Positions 11,583-26,332 of a DNA stretch of 52,258 nucleotides are shown here, piece after piece. How positions within the stretch are numbered: position 1 is the first letter of the stretch; each line of letters opens with the position of its first letter. The position numbers and the translations under genes are program-made. The DNA comes from a virus (taxonomy: Duplodnaviria; Heunggongvirae; Uroviricota; Caudoviricetes): IMG/VR virus record IMGVR_UViG_2721755660_000011. The stretch is one strand, 5' to 3'. The notes below the pieces were generated by a model. It worked only from the letters and a program-made list of their open reading frames with translations. It made no database searches and had not been told where the DNA came from.

Positions 11583-12254
11583 TCAGCGACCAATCACCAC
11601 AACCTGACCACCGTCCCCCTCGTCTGCCGTGCTGATCTCCTGAGAAGCCACCCGCGACCCCACGCGCATTTCACCGTACAGAACAGGCAGAACATTGCCC
11701 TGGGCAACCATGTTATCCAGTGAGGAGAAATAGGTGTTCTGCTTACCGTTATCCGTTGTCTGTGTACGGGGAGTTCTGGCTTTCGGTGCCAGCATCTGCG
11801 CCACACCACCAAGTACCATACTGGCACCGAGAGAAAACAGGATACCGGTCATACCACCGGCCCCAATGGCTGCCCCCCATGCTGCAAGGGTGGCTCCGGC
11901 AGTAAAGAATGATCCGGCAATGGCGGCAGCCCCCAGGACAATCTGGAATACGCCACCTGACTTGGCCCCGGCGACTCTGGGAACAATATGAATCACAGCG
12001 CCGTCAGGCAGAACCTCATGTAACTGCGCCGTCAATCCGGACGTGCTGACGTCCCGCCCGGAAATCCGTACCTGATACCAGCCGTCGCTCAGTTTCTGAC
12101 GAAACGCCGGGAGCTGTGTGGCCAGCGCCCGGATGGCTTCGGCCCCCGTTTTCACACGCAGATCGATGCGGCGGCCAAATCGTTGTAAATCCCCGTAAAG
12201 GCAGATGCGTGCCATGCCTGGTGACGCCAGAGGGAGTGTGTGCGTCGCTGCCAT
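11583..12254 (-). CDS. I: Tail assembly protein I
   Basis: 223 aa; matches lambda gpI (MAATHTLPLASPGMARICLYGDLQRFG...). Confidence 0.9.
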   Translation of the reverse strand: MAATHTLPLASPGMARICLYGDLQRFGRRIDLRVKTGAEAIRALATQLPAFRQKLSDGWYQVRISGRDVSTSGLTAQLHEVLPDGAVIHIVPRVAGAKSGGVFQIVLGAAAIAGSFFTAGATLAAWGAAIGAGGMTGILFSLGASMVLGGVAQMLAPKARTPRTQTTDNGKQNTYFSSLDNMVAQGNVLPVLYGEMRVGSRVASQEISTADEGDGGQVVVIGR

Positions 12255-12895
12255 TTGTCGGTATACCTCTCTCGTTTGCTCAGTTGTTCAGGAATATGGT
12301 GCAGCAGCTCGCCGTCACCACAGTAAATGGCGGCATGATTCGGCACCGATGAACCAAAGCAGCACAGCAGCACATCGCCCGGTTGTGCTGATGACAACGG
12401 CACCTGATACAGCCCTGTGGCCTCCAGATTATCCAGATAGAGATTCTGACCTGATTTCCACCAGTCATCATGTCGGTAAAAATCCGGCAAATCGATACCT
12501 GCAAGATGATAGGCATCGCGGAACAGCGTATAACAGTCTGTCACCCCGTGCTCAAAACGCCGCCCGGTGAGATGCGGCACACAGCGGAACTTATGAATCA
12601 CTCCCCGGCAGACCAGCCACCACGGCAAATCACTCTGCACCTGCAGCCGCCTGTCGGCCTCACTCAGCCAGGGCAGACCACCGGGGTGGCTGTGGACCAG
12701 CGCCACAATCTCACCCTGCATTTCTGCCTGCAGCCAGTCTTCCGGCGACATACGGAAATACGCCTCCGGCTCACCGGAAATATTCACGCAGGGAAAATAT
12801 CTTTCCCCCTCCGGCGCTCTCACCACGAAGCCGCACGACTCCGCTGGCGCACATCGCCGGGCGTGCGCCAGAATCGCTGATTCTGTCTGTGTCAT
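12152..12895 (-). CDS. K: Tail assembly protein K (NlpC/P60-like)
   Basis: 247 aa; MTQTESAILAHARRCAPAESCGFVV matches lambda gpK; overlaps I as in lambda. Confidence 0.9.
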   Translation of the reverse strand: MTQTESAILAHARRCAPAESCGFVVRAPEGERYFPCVNISGEPEAYFRMSPEDWLQAEMQGEIVALVHSHPGGLPWLSEADRRLQVQSDLPWWLVCRGVIHKFRCVPHLTGRRFEHGVTDCYTLFRDAYHLAGIDLPDFYRHDDWWKSGQNLYLDNLEATGLYQVPLSSAQPGDVLLCCFGSSVPNHAAIYCGDGELLHHIPEQLSKRERYTDKWQRRTHSLWRHQAWHASAFTGIYNDLAAASICV

Positions 12896-12900
12896 GGGAT

Positions 12901-13599
12901 TTACTGCGAAAGTTTGTTAATGGAAAGGAAGCCGCCAAAGTTGCCGACGTTATTGCGGAACTTACAACCGCTCAGGCATTTGCTGCATTTATCCTTCGTG
13001 ATATCGGACGTTGGCTGGTCATATTCATCCGCGACAGCCGGACCGCTATAACCGCACTCATCACCGCGATAGGTCCAGGTGCAGGTGTTGGCCAGCATGA
13101 TACGTCCCGGAAAAACAGCGCCGTCCGTTTCCGTCGGCGTGGACAGTACAAAGGAGGCACTCACCGCGCTCAGTTCGCTGCACTGCTCGATGCGCCAGCG
13201 GCTGATCACCTCCTGCTCCGGATCGGCGTCACTGTTTCCGTTGACGAAGTTCACCGCATCCAGAAAACGGGCGTAAACCTTACGCCGGACCACCGTTCCG
13301 CCGACCAGACTCTGCAGATCTTCCGCCATCCCGGTGACCATACCGTACAGGTTAGAAACCGTCAGCGTGGGGCGCGTACTGGTGCCTTTGCCATTCAGTT
13401 CAAAACCACTCCCCTGAATGGGATACGGCTGATACTGTCGCCCCTGCCAGGTGACCGGCTCACCTTTTTCGTTCTGCTCATTACAGAAAAAATAACGTTC
13501 TCCACCGACCTCTGTCAGGTCGATTTCCCAGAGCACCACGCTGGCCGACTGCTCCGCACGGGTGCATTCATTCAGTGTTTCCTGCCGGATATCCTGCAT
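12901..13599 (-). CDS. L: Minor tail protein L
   Basis: 232 aa, lambda gpL-like by sequence and position. Confidence 0.9.
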   Translation of the reverse strand: MQDIRQETLNECTRAEQSASVVLWEIDLTEVGGERYFFCNEQNEKGEPVTWQGRQYQPYPIQGSGFELNGKGTSTRPTLTVSNLYGMVTGMAEDLQSLVGGTVVRRKVYARFLDAVNFVNGNSDADPEQEVISRWRIEQCSELSAVSASFVLSTPTETDGAVFPGRIMLANTCTWTYRGDECGYSGPAVADEYDQPTSDITKDKCSKCLSGCKFRNNVGNFGGFLSINKLSQ

Positions 13600-13928
13600 C
13601 AGTTCACCACCTGTTCAAACTCTGCGCTGAACTCAACACGCAGCATACTGACCCGCGACGACCATTTTGCGCAGGTCACCTTTATCTGCCGCCACTCATA
13701 AGGCGGCGTCCACAGAAAGGCTTTCCAGCCCCCGTGCTCAGCCAGAAACGACTCCAGCGCCGTGGCCTCCTCACGGGAGACAGACAGCGTCACGCTGTAC
13801 GTTTTCAGGTCAGCGTTCAGCCCGGCAGGCGCTCGCTGGGAATAGCCATCACCAAAGCGCACTTTCCTGACGGAAGGGGCCGAAACCACATCCATACCGG
13901 GTTTCACTTTCCAGCGGAAGGTTTTCAT
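13599..13928 (-). CDS. M: Minor tail protein M
   Basis: 109 aa, lambda gpM-like by sequence and position. Confidence 0.9.
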   Translation of the reverse strand: MKTFRWKVKPGMDVVSAPSVRKVRFGDGYSQRAPAGLNADLKTYSVTLSVSREEATALESFLAEHGGWKAFLWTPPYEWRQIKVTCAKWSSRVSMLRVEFSAEFEQVVN

Positions 13929-16504
13929 CGTCCACCTCCGGAGAACAGGCCACCATCACGCATCTGTGTCTGAATTTCATCACGGGCACCCTTGCGGGCC
14001 ATGTCATACACTGCCTTCATCATCTGTGGACCTGGCAGACCATTCGTACCGTCGTTCTGAATCACCACGTGATTGTTCTGATTAAAATTAATGCCTTCAG
14101 CCCGCCGCATCTGCGCCGGACTTCCGGCACCGCCCACATAACCACCTTCCGCATAGCCCCGCATCAGGCGGTACAGGTTGCCGACACCAATCCGGCTGGT
14201 TGCCTCCTTCGTGAAGACAAATTCACCACGGTGAACAATCCCCGCTGGCTCATATTTGCCGCCGGTTCCTGTGAATCCTCCGGTTGCAAAATGGAATTTC
14301 GCCGCAGCGGCCTGAATGGCTGTACCGCCTGACGCGGATGCGCCACCACCAACAGCCCCGCCAATGGCGCTGCCGATACTCCCGACAATCCCCACCATTG
14401 CCTGCTTAAGCAGAATTTCTGTCATCATGGACAGCACGGAACGGGTGAAGCTGCGCCAGTTCTGCTCACTGCCGGTCAGCATCGCCGCCATATTCTGTGC
14501 AATACCATCAAAGGTCTGCGTGGCTGCACTTTTTACCTGCGACATACTGTCCGTGGCGCTCTCTTTCCACTCGCTCCAGCCGGACCTGAGGCCTGCCATC
14601 CAGCTCCCGCGAAGCTGGTCTTCAGCCGCCCAGGTCTTTTTCTGCTCTGACATGACGTTATTCAGCGCCAGAGGATTATCGCCATACTGTTCCTTCAGGC
14701 GCTGTTCCGTGGCTTCCCGTTCTGCCTGCCGGTCAGTCAGCCCCCGGCTTTTCGCATCAATGGCGGCCCGTTTTGCCCGTTGCTGCTGTGCGAATTTATC
14801 CGCCTGCTGCGCCAGCGCGTTCAGGCGCCCCTGATACGTAACCTTGTCGCCAAGTGCAGCCAGCTGGCGTTTGTACTCCAGCGTCTCATCTTTATGCGCC
14901 AGCAGGGATTTCTCCTGTGCAGACAGCTGGCGACGTTGCGCCGCCTCCTCCAGTACCGCGAACTGACTCTCCGCCTTCCACAAATCCCGGCGCTGCTGGC
15001 TGATTTTCTCATTTGCTCCGGCATGCTTCTCCAGCGTCCGGAGTTCTGCCTGAAGCGTCAGCAGGGCAGCATGAGCACTGTCTTCCTGACGATCGCCCGC
15101 AGACACCTTCACGCCGGACTGTTTCGGCTTTTTCAGCGTCGCTTCATAATCCTTTTTCGCCGCCGCCATCAGCGTGTTGTAATCCGCCTGCAGAATTTTC
15201 CCGTCTTTCAGTGCCTTATTCAGTTCTTCCTGACGGGCGGTATATTTCTCCAGTGGCGTCAGCAGGCGCTCATACGCCTTCTGCGCCTCTCCGGTATACT
15301 TCAGCTGTGACGCCTCACGCTCAGCCCGGTCCCTTGCCACCAGTTCACCGGCTTTTTCCATATCCGACTGCAGCGTGGCTGCCGCCAGCCCCAGACGGGC
15401 ATTTTCACGGTCATCCCATGCACCCTGAAGGTTGGCACGGAAAGAGGAGGTCTTTCCCCGGCGCTGACTCCGGCTCTGGTACCACTGCCATTTTTTATCC
15501 GCCTCATCAAATGCCTTCTGCGCACTGGCGAGCATATCCGCTGAGGATTCAGGACGACCGATATCCAGGATGGCATCCCACATCAATTTGAATGCCTTCC
15601 CGGTTTTATCCGCCCAGTTTTCCAGCGTCCCCATGTTTTCTTTCAGGCGACGGGTCTGCTCATCAAAGCCTTTTGTGGCGATATCGTTCGCCGCCTGTAA
15701 GGCCCCTGCCTCATCCCCCGAACGCTGCAGCTGCGCAACATACGCAATCTGCTCTGCCGTCACGTTACGGAACTGGCGCGCCATAGCCATCAGTCCCGAC
15801 GTCGGGTCGGTGGTCAGCTTTCCAAAAGCCTCTGCAACCTTGTCCACTTCCACACCGGATGCAGAAGCAAAACGCGCCACACTCTGGTTGATGGCATCAA
15901 ACTGTTCACCACCACGCACACCGGCATTCACCAGGGCTGCCAGTGACTCACTCGCCTGGTTAAACGTCAGCCCTGCTGCCTGTCCGGCTCTGGACAGGAC
16001 CAGCATGCGATCTGCCGTCAGACCCGACTGATTGCCGGAAAGGACCAGCGTTTTGTTGAAATCGGACAGGGTTGAGTTGCCCTGATACCAGGCATACGCC
16101 AGCGCACCGGTCGCCACCGCCAGCGAGGTGGCCCCGACCATCGGCAGGGTGATCGCACCGGCAAGCCCCCTGAACATGGGGATCATCCCGCCGAAGGAGT
16201 CCTTAACCTGACCACCCTGTTGCAGCAGGATCAGCCACGGACTTTGCCCGCCTGCAAGCTGCGTGGCCACGTCGGTGAACTGTGCAGGCAGCATACGCAT
16301 GGCGGCTTTATACTGCCCGACGGAAATCCCCGCTTTCTGTGCAGCCAGCGCCTGCCGGTTCATCGACTGTTCAACGACTGCCGCTGTTTTTTTCGCATCA
16401 CTTTCCGTACCGGAAAAATGACGCCTGACTCTGGCCATCTGCTCGTCAAATCTGGCCGCATCAAGACTTAAATCAACGACCAGATCGCCTACCGGTTCAG
16501 CCAT
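13925..16504 (-). CDS. H: Tail tape measure protein H
   Basis: 859 aa, Ala/Gln-rich coiled-coil tape-measure protein in the lambda H position. Confidence 0.9.
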   Translation of the reverse strand: MAEPVGDLVVDLSLDAARFDEQMARVRRHFSGTESDAKKTAAVVEQSMNRQALAAQKAGISVGQYKAAMRMLPAQFTDVATQLAGGQSPWLILLQQGGQVKDSFGGMIPMFRGLAGAITLPMVGATSLAVATGALAYAWYQGNSTLSDFNKTLVLSGNQSGLTADRMLVLSRAGQAAGLTFNQASESLAALVNAGVRGGEQFDAINQSVARFASASGVEVDKVAEAFGKLTTDPTSGLMAMARQFRNVTAEQIAYVAQLQRSGDEAGALQAANDIATKGFDEQTRRLKENMGTLENWADKTGKAFKLMWDAILDIGRPESSADMLASAQKAFDEADKKWQWYQSRSQRRGKTSSFRANLQGAWDDRENARLGLAAATLQSDMEKAGELVARDRAEREASQLKYTGEAQKAYERLLTPLEKYTARQEELNKALKDGKILQADYNTLMAAAKKDYEATLKKPKQSGVKVSAGDRQEDSAHAALLTLQAELRTLEKHAGANEKISQQRRDLWKAESQFAVLEEAAQRRQLSAQEKSLLAHKDETLEYKRQLAALGDKVTYQGRLNALAQQADKFAQQQRAKRAAIDAKSRGLTDRQAEREATEQRLKEQYGDNPLALNNVMSEQKKTWAAEDQLRGSWMAGLRSGWSEWKESATDSMSQVKSAATQTFDGIAQNMAAMLTGSEQNWRSFTRSVLSMMTEILLKQAMVGIVGSIGSAIGGAVGGGASASGGTAIQAAAAKFHFATGGFTGTGGKYEPAGIVHRGEFVFTKEATSRIGVGNLYRLMRGYAEGGYVGGAGSPAQMRRAEGINFNQNNHVVIQNDGTNGLPGPQMMKAVYDMARKGARDEIQTQMRDGGLFSGGGR

Positions 16505-16931
16505 ACCGGACTCCTCCTGCGATCCCTTCTGATACTGTCATCAGCATTACGTCATCCTCCGTCATGTCCGCCACATCCGGGGAAGCGGGGATAACTTCAT
16601 TCCCGTCCGGGCCAAAGCGGACGCCTCCGGCAAGCCCTGCCGCTTTCTGCATCAGCACATCATCTTCAGGCTCTTCGTCAGCCTCACGCCGGTTCAGCAG
16701 ACTGAAATCCAGCGGATGCATATCCGGATCGCTGAAAAACAGGCTGAGCACGGTGTACGTCAGCCCGGAAAAGTGCATATCCAGCAGAACATCATGAAAA
16801 TAATGGGTACTGTAAAAGCGGTGCCAGTCGGCATACTCCGTGGATGACATCCCGGCAAGCATGGCACGCCAGTCGGGTCGCCCCATCTCGCGCGCCAGTT
16901 TCAGGGCAAAACTCAGCTCACCGTCGAACAC
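16497..16931 (-). CDS. T: Tail assembly protein T reading frame (expressed as G-T fusion by -1 frameshift)
   Basis: ORF in -1 frame relative to G, overlapping the 3' end of G; matches lambda gpT. Confidence 0.8.
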   Translation of the reverse strand: MFDGELSFALKLAREMGRPDWRAMLAGMSSTEYADWHRFYSTHYFHDVLLDMHFSGLTYTVLSLFFSDPDMHPLDFSLLNRREADEEPEDDVLMQKAAGLAGGVRFGPDGNEVIPASPDVADMTEDDVMLMTVSEGIAGGVRYG

Positions 16932-17335
16932 TTTCCCGCAGAAACAGGCTCTGCAGGCCCGGCGTCCTCTGCCTGTTCAGGGGCATCATTCACCACAAAC
17001 TCATACATACCGGACAGCCGGTACACCACGTTTTCAGCATGAGAAATTGCCTCTGTGGGCCAGGTGGTAAGCACTTCCTGCTCAATCTGTTTAACGGCTT
17101 CATTCATGGAAGGCTGCTTTGTCTTCTGCGGATGGTTATGCCACAGGGACATAGCCACCACAAAAGCACCGGTTCTGATGGCGTCTTCCACTGTAAACTT
17201 CCGGTTGCTGTCTGACTCCGCCTGTTCTGCCTGCCGTTTCATCAGGGCGAGATGCTCAATGCGCTGCAGGGCTGACAGTTCAGAAAGCGTGACGGTCACA
17301 CCGTTATGTTCAAATGATTCGGTTTTCAGGAACAT
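16913..17335 (-). CDS. G: Tail assembly chaperone G
   Basis: 140 aa, lambda gpG-like; contains slippery site near 3' end. Confidence 0.9.
   Translation of the reverse strand: MFLKTESFEHNGVTVTLSELSALQRIEHLALMKRQAEQAESDSNRKFTVEDAIRTGAFVVAMSLWHNHPQKTKQPSMNEAVKQIEQEVLTTWPTEAISHAENVVYRLSGMYEFVVNDAPEQAEDAGPAEPVSAGKCSTVS
16929..16935 (-). other. Programmed -1 ribosomal frameshift slippery site G GGA AAG (G-T fusion)
   Basis: Minus-strand sequence GCGGGAAAGTG at the G/T overlap; identical heptamer to the lambda G-T slippery site. Confidence 0.8.
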
Positions 17336-17350
17336 CGCTGACTCTCCGGA

Positions 17351-18091
17351 TTAACTGGCGGTGACGGTAATTTCTGCAACCGCAGCAAACTCACCATTAC
17401 CGGATACAACCGGAATGTTGACCTTGCCTGCAGCAACGCCGTTCACGGTGATGGTCATACCACTGACCGACACGGTGGCTTTTGTTTTATCCGCAGACAC
17501 CGCACGAAAGCTCTTGTCGGTTACGCCCTCCGGCTGGAATGCCACGGTCAGCGTGGTGCTCTGCCCTTTCACCACCGAGGTGCTGGCAGGCGTCACGGTC
17601 ATGCCGGTTGCCGCTGTTACCGTGCTGCGATCTTCTGCCATCGACGGACGTCCCACATTGGTGACCTTCACCGTGCGGGTGATCACTTCCTTCGCCGTCA
17701 CCGCCTTACCGATACTGCTGACCCAGCCACGGAACACATCGACCGTGCCGTTCGGGAAGCGGATTTTATAGGCACGGGTATCGCCTTCATTAAACCACGC
17801 CAGCAGCGCCTGCTGCCCCTGCTCTCCGGGCATCCACGCCAGCGTGAAGCTGGTATCTCCGGCAGATTTCTGCCCCTGCCCGGTCGCAGTCCAGTCTGCA
17901 TCTTCATCATCGAGATAGCTGTCGTCATAGGACTCAGCGGTCAGTTCGCCGGGCGTCAGGTCTTTAACTTTTGCCAGACGCGACCAGTCAACGTCTGAAA
18001 GCGGGTTCGCATAAGGGTCGCCGCTCCCGTTATAAACCCACAGGGTGGTTCCGGCACCTTTCACCGGTATTGCTGGATTTGGTACAGGCAT
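17351..18091 (-). CDS. V: Major tail protein V
   Basis: Matches lambda gpV from MPVPNP...; start placed at internal ATG (codon 11 of the longer ORF 17351..18121) to give 246 aa. Confidence 0.9.
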   Translation of the reverse strand: MPVPNPAIPVKGAGTTLWVYNGSGDPYANPLSDVDWSRLAKVKDLTPGELTAESYDDSYLDDEDADWTATGQGQKSAGDTSFTLAWMPGEQGQQALLAWFNEGDTRAYKIRFPNGTVDVFRGWVSSIGKAVTAKEVITRTVKVTNVGRPSMAEDRSTVTAATGMTVTPASTSVVKGQSTTLTVAFQPEGVTDKSFRAVSADKTKATVSVSGMTITVNGVAAGKVNIPVVSGNGEFAAVAEITVTAS

Positions 18092-18098
18092 ATCGTCC

Positions 18099-18494
18099 TC
18101 ACATTTCATAGGTAATGACATAAGTCAGATCGGCTGAACTCCACAGGCCCGCATCATCGTCGCGCCGGTAGTCATAGCCGCTGGCCACCATACTGGTGAT
18201 CAAATCTGACAGTGCCGGGATATCACTCATCACCGGATAAATCCGGGACTCCATCCACGCATCCAGCTCTGAATCCGGCACCTGAGCAGGCAGGAAAACT
18301 TCGATATGCAGCTCCGCCTGCCAGGTATCGCTGTCCAGCTCTTCGCCCGTGTATTCAGCGCCGGTGAGATAAACGGCAACTGCCGGAAAATCCGCCTCAT
18401 CAAAAACAGCGGGGCGACCATCAAAAAACGTCGCCCCGGTGTCATGCTTCTCCAGTGCATCCAGTACGGCTGCACGGAGTTCAGTATGTTTCAT
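18099..18494 (-). CDS. U: Tail terminator protein U
   Basis: 131 aa, [31 protein letters not shown] matches lambda gpU. Confidence 0.9.
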   Translation of the reverse strand: MKHTELRAAVLDALEKHDTGATFFDGRPAVFDEADFPAVAVYLTGAEYTGEELDSDTWQAELHIEVFLPAQVPDSELDAWMESRIYPVMSDIPALSDLITSMVASGYDYRRDDDAGLWSSADLTYVITYEM

Positions 18495-19069
18495 CGCTTT
18501 ATTACCATCCTCAGTTGATGCTGCAGCGCATAGCCCAGCTCTTTCGGAAGACGTTCACGCCGTATCCGCTCAATATTTTGTTTAAACGCCGTGGTCAGCG
18601 GCACCGCCATCGGGATTTTCACTACATCAATGGGGTAACGGTTTTTCCCGGCCACACGCTGCATGACATGCCAGCGGCCATTTTTCAGTTGCTGAATAAA
18701 CGCGCCGGGAATACGACGGTTTCCCACCACAAGCACGCTGCCGCCACCTTTCAGGGCTGAACGCTGCCCCTTTTTACGACGCCTGCGGCGCGAAAGGACA
18801 ACCCGCGCATTACCCAGCCTGATTACGGGCAAATCCCCCCGGTTAACTTTGATTCTGGCCTGCGGATTTTTGACCGTGGCCCTTTTCAGCCTGGCCCTTT
18901 CCTTTACCAGTTTCCGGCGTACCTTTGTCTCACGGGCAACCTGTGACGCCGACTGCGATATCGCGGATGAAGCAACGCGGTTAATGGCCATTGCGGCGGC
19001 ACCAGGCACCGCCGTTTTGCTGATACGGCTGAGGTTTTCAACGGCCTGCTCAAGACCTTTTATGGCCAT
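18491..19069 (-). CDS. Z: Tail completion protein Z
   Basis: 192 aa, lambda gpZ-like. Confidence 0.9.
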   Translation of the reverse strand: MAIKGLEQAVENLSRISKTAVPGAAAMAINRVASSAISQSASQVARETKVRRKLVKERARLKRATVKNPQARIKVNRGDLPVIRLGNARVVLSRRRRRKKGQRSALKGGGSVLVVGNRRIPGAFIQQLKNGRWHVMQRVAGKNRYPIDVVKIPMAVPLTTAFKQNIERIRRERLPKELGYALQHQLRMVIKR

Positions 19070-19080
19070 ACATCCCCCTT

Positions 19081-19434
19081 TCAGCGGCGACGGTTAACGG
19101 CAGGCGGTACGCCCCGCCCAAGCCAGAGATGACAGCTTCCACCATCATCCGGCGAAACCCGGTCTATCCAGAAGTTTTCCTCACCGATGGTCAGCGTGTC
19201 TCCACGCCGCAGTTGCCGCACCTCATCAGTCCGGACAAACAGGGACGGGCTGGAGCCTTCAACGCGCACGCCCTGTCCGGCATAGCTGATATTTTCAGGG
19301 TCATCAAAAACACCACGTATTACTGCGCCGGACTGCTCACCGGATGTCATGGTGGCTGACGTTCCCATGTACCTGCGTATCGTTTCATCGGCGCGGGCAA
19401 TGGCAGCATCGAACAGGTTATCGAAATCAGCCAC
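19081..19434 (-). CDS. FII: Head-tail joining protein FII
   Basis: 117 aa, MADFDNLFDAAIARADETIRRYMGTSA matches lambda gpFII. Confidence 0.9.
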   Translation of the reverse strand: MADFDNLFDAAIARADETIRRYMGTSATMTSGEQSGAVIRGVFDDPENISYAGQGVRVEGSSPSLFVRTDEVRQLRRGDTLTIGEENFWIDRVSPDDGGSCHLWLGRGVPPAVNRRR

Positions 19435-19445
19435 AGCGCCTCCCG

Positions 19446-19841
19446 TTATTGCATTCTGGCCAGGCCACGTTCTGTCATTTCGGCTGCCACACCGGCAGAG
19501 ACACGGAACGCCGTTCCCGGCAGCACAAATGCCACAGCCTCATCCCGCGTGGCGTGAAGTGCATCGGTATGCAGCGTCACCAGTGCCACAACCGTGACCA
19601 GAGCAGCCGTATCAGTCACGGTATCCGTCTGTGCTGATACCAACTCATTTTCATGTCCGGTCAGCGCATTTTCCGGGCTGACAGACGTGTCCTGACCGGC
19701 TGCGTCATCCGTGTCATCAAGCTCCTCTTCCAGCTCTGCCACACGGAGCGCCAGTTCTTCTTTCGTCCCCGTCAGGCTGACATCACGGTTCAGTTGCTCA
19801 CCCAGCGACCGGAGACGGGCAATCAGTTCATCTTTCGTCAT
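19446..19841 (-). CDS. FI: DNA packaging protein FI
   Basis: Matches lambda gpFI from MTKDELIARLRSLGEQLNRDVSLTG; start chosen at internal ATG of ORF 19446..19880. Confidence 0.85.
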   Translation of the reverse strand: MTKDELIARLRSLGEQLNRDVSLTGTKEELALRVAELEEELDDTDDAAGQDTSVSPENALTGHENELVSAQTDTVTDTAALVTVVALVTLHTDALHATRDEAVAFVLPGTAFRVSAGVAAEMTERGLARMQ

Positions 19842-19882
19842 GGACTCCTCCACAGAGAGAAAATGGCCCCGAAGGGCCATGA

Positions 19883-20908
19883 TTACGCCAGTTGTACGGA
19901 CACAAACGCATCAGGGTCAGCCAGCAGCATCAGCGGTGCTGACTGAATCATGGTGAACTCACGCGCCGGATCGCCGGTGGTCACCCAGTTTTTCGGGTAA
20001 CGGGCAGAGGCGTTAATGCCTTCGCGCTGTGCGTCCGCATCCTGAATGCAGCCATAGGTGCGCAGACCGCGTGCCTGAGTGTTCCCCAGCACCATCGTGT
20101 TGTCCGGCAGGAAGTTCTTTTTGACGCCGTTTTCCACGTACTGTCCGGAATACACGACGATGGCCACATCGCCATACATCCCCTTATAGGACACCGCTTC
20201 GCCCAGGTCTTTCACCGCTGTCTCCAGCTCGGAATTAGAGCCACGACGGGTATCCAGCTTCTCCCTGACGGCTTTGAAGGAACGGAACAGCGCCCAGCCT
20301 TTCGGATCGAACACGATGATATTCACCACACCGCTGGCGTTCAGCGCGTAGGCTTCGATATCGTCGGTCGGGTCATACGTGGACTTGTCACGCTTGCTCC
20401 ACTCCGTGCCGCCGGACTGCGTGATGTTATTCTCCTCACTGCGGCCCATATCCACCTCAACCGGATCGAAGGCTTCACCGGTCATGGTGTATTTGCCCTT
20501 AAGCACGGCAGAAACTGCCTGCATCTCTTCGACCTGAGCAATGGCCAGCTCTTCGTCACGCATGTTCTGCATGATGATGCGACGGCGGCGGTAAGCCGGG
20601 TCCGCCAGATTCTGCGGATCTTCATCCGGCAGGCGACGCAGGGTCATCTGCGGATTCACTTCATGCTTCGGCTTGACATATCCCGGCGTAAATTCAGAGG
20701 TGGAGCCGCCACGGGAACGGATAACCTCACCGGAAACAATCGGCGAAACGTACAGCGCCATGTTTACCAGTCCCGGAATTTGTGAGAGATAGACTTTCTC
20801 CGTGGTGAAGGGATAGCTCTCACGGAAAAAGAGACGCAGAAACAGCGGATCAAACTTAAATTTCTGCTCATTTGCCGCCAGCAGTTGGGCGGTTGTGTAC
20901 ATCGACAT
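19883..20908 (-). CDS. E: Major capsid protein E
   Basis: Matches lambda gpE from MSMYTTAQLLAANEQKFKFDPLFLRLFFRESYPF; 341 aa from internal start. Confidence 0.95.
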   Translation of the reverse strand: MSMYTTAQLLAANEQKFKFDPLFLRLFFRESYPFTTEKVYLSQIPGLVNMALYVSPIVSGEVIRSRGGSTSEFTPGYVKPKHEVNPQMTLRRLPDEDPQNLADPAYRRRRIIMQNMRDEELAIAQVEEMQAVSAVLKGKYTMTGEAFDPVEVDMGRSEENNITQSGGTEWSKRDKSTYDPTDDIEAYALNASGVVNIIVFDPKGWALFRSFKAVREKLDTRRGSNSELETAVKDLGEAVSYKGMYGDVAIVVYSGQYVENGVKKNFLPDNTMVLGNTQARGLRTYGCIQDADAQREGINASARYPKNWVTTGDPAREFTMIQSAPLMLLADPDAFVSVQLA

Positions 20909-20963
20909 AAAAAAATCCCGTAAAAAAAGCCGCACAGGCGGCCTTTAGTGATGAAGGGTAAAG

Positions 20964-21296
20964 TTAAACGATGCTGATTGCCGTTCCGGCAAACGCGGTC
21001 CGTTTTTTCGTCTCGTCGCTGGCAGCCTCCGGCCAGAGCACATCCTCATAACGGAACGTGCCGGACTTGTAGAACGTCAGCGTGGTGCTGGTCTGGTCAG
21101 CAGCAACCGCAAGAATGCCAACGGCAGCACCGTCGGTGGTGCCATCCCACGCAACCAGCTTACGGCTGGAGGTGTCCAGCATCAGCGGGGTCATTGCAGG
21201 CGCTTTCGCACTCAATCCGCCGGGCGCGGTTGCGGTATGAGCCGGGTCACTGTTGCCCTGCGGCTGGTAATGGGTAAAGGTTTCTTTGCTCGCCAT
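20964..21296 (-). CDS. D: Head decoration protein D
   Basis: Matches lambda gpD ([39 protein letters not shown]...). Confidence 0.9.
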   Translation of the reverse strand: MASKETFTHYQPQGNSDPAHTATAPGGLSAKAPAMTPLMLDTSSRKLVAWDGTTDGAAVGILAVAADQTSTTLTFYKSGTFRYEDVLWPEAASDETKKRTAFAGTAISIV

Positions 21297-21305
21297 AAAC
21301 ATCCC

Positions 21306-22605
21306 TTACACTGGTGTGTTCAGCAAATCGTTAACGGCATCAGATGCCGGGTTACCTGCAGCCAGCGGTGCCGGTGCCCCCTGCATCAGACGATCCAGCG
21401 CAGTGTCACTGCGCGCCTGTGCACTCTGTGGTGCTGCGGCCAGAATGCGGCGGGCCGTTTTCACGGTCATACCGGGGGTTTCTGCCAGCACGCGTGCCTG
21501 TTCTTCGCGTCCGTGAGCCTCCTCACAGTTGAGGATCCCCATAATGCGGCTGTTTTCTGCCGCAACCGCTGCGGTGATCTGCGCGTTCACGTCCGGCTGC
21601 GCCGCGCTGGCGTTCTCGCCCTCCGTCGCTGGCACCACGTCAGTAACGTCAGCCTGCGAAGCAGTGGCTGAAACAGTTGTTGATTGAGTCTCTTTGGTCA
21701 TTCGCCCTCCTGAGATACGGGATTTACGTGCATCCAGTGCATCACGCATGACGGTGATCGCATCGGTGCTGTTAACAAGTTCATCAGCCAGTCCGGCATC
21801 AATGGCCTCCTGACCGCTGTACACTGCAGCCTCGGTATCCAGCACAGCCTGCACGGACAGGCCGGTATATGCCGACACCTTCTGCGCAAACATCTGGCGG
21901 GTTGCGTCCATCCGGGACTGCAGTGTCTCCCGGACGTCATCCGGAAGATGGCTGTAAGGATTGCCATCCACCTTATGGCTGCCGCTGTAAATCAGCGTGA
22001 TTTCCACGCCCTGTTTCTCCAGGGCAGCACCGTAATTACTGTGAGCCATCATGACGCCGATGGAGCCTGTCCGGGCGGTCTGCGTGACCAGACGCCGGGA
22101 GGCGGCACTGGCAAGCAGCTGACCTGCACTGCAGTTCATGTCGTTGGCCAGCGCCCATACCGGTTTTATGTCACGCACACGGGCGATGATGTCAGCGCAG
22201 TCAAATGCCCCCGCCACCATTCCGCCTGGCGTGTCCATATCGAGCAGAATGCCGTCCACCATCGGGTCGCTGGCGGCCTGTTGCAGACGGGCGATAATGC
22301 CGTTGTAACCGGTCATCCCCGAGTACGGCTGCAGCGCCCGCGTCCGGCTGACCAGCGTGCCGGACACCGGCAGCACGGCGATGCCGTTCATGACCTGATA
22401 ACTGCGGGCCTGTCGTGGTCCGTCATCATCACCGGATAATGCCAGCGTCGCGAGTGCCTCCTGGGCAGTCAGGCTGTCGCCGGACACCGCATCCGTCAGG
22501 CGGCTGATCCCAAGCTGGCCTGCAAGCGCACAAAAGAAAACCCGCGCATAGGCGGGTTCAAGCATCAGCGGCTCATTAAAGGCCATGCTGGCAATATGCG
22601 GGAGA

Positions 22606-22625
<20 letters not shown>
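21306..22625 (-). CDS. C: Head maturation protease / scaffold C (with nested Nu3)
   Basis: Matches lambda gpC from (V)TAELRNLPHIASMAFNEPLMLEPAYARVFF; GTG start at 22625 gives 439 aa; ORF track extends further upstream to 22772. Confidence 0.85.
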
Positions 22626-26306
<3,681 letters not shown>

Positions 26307-26332
<26 letters not shown>
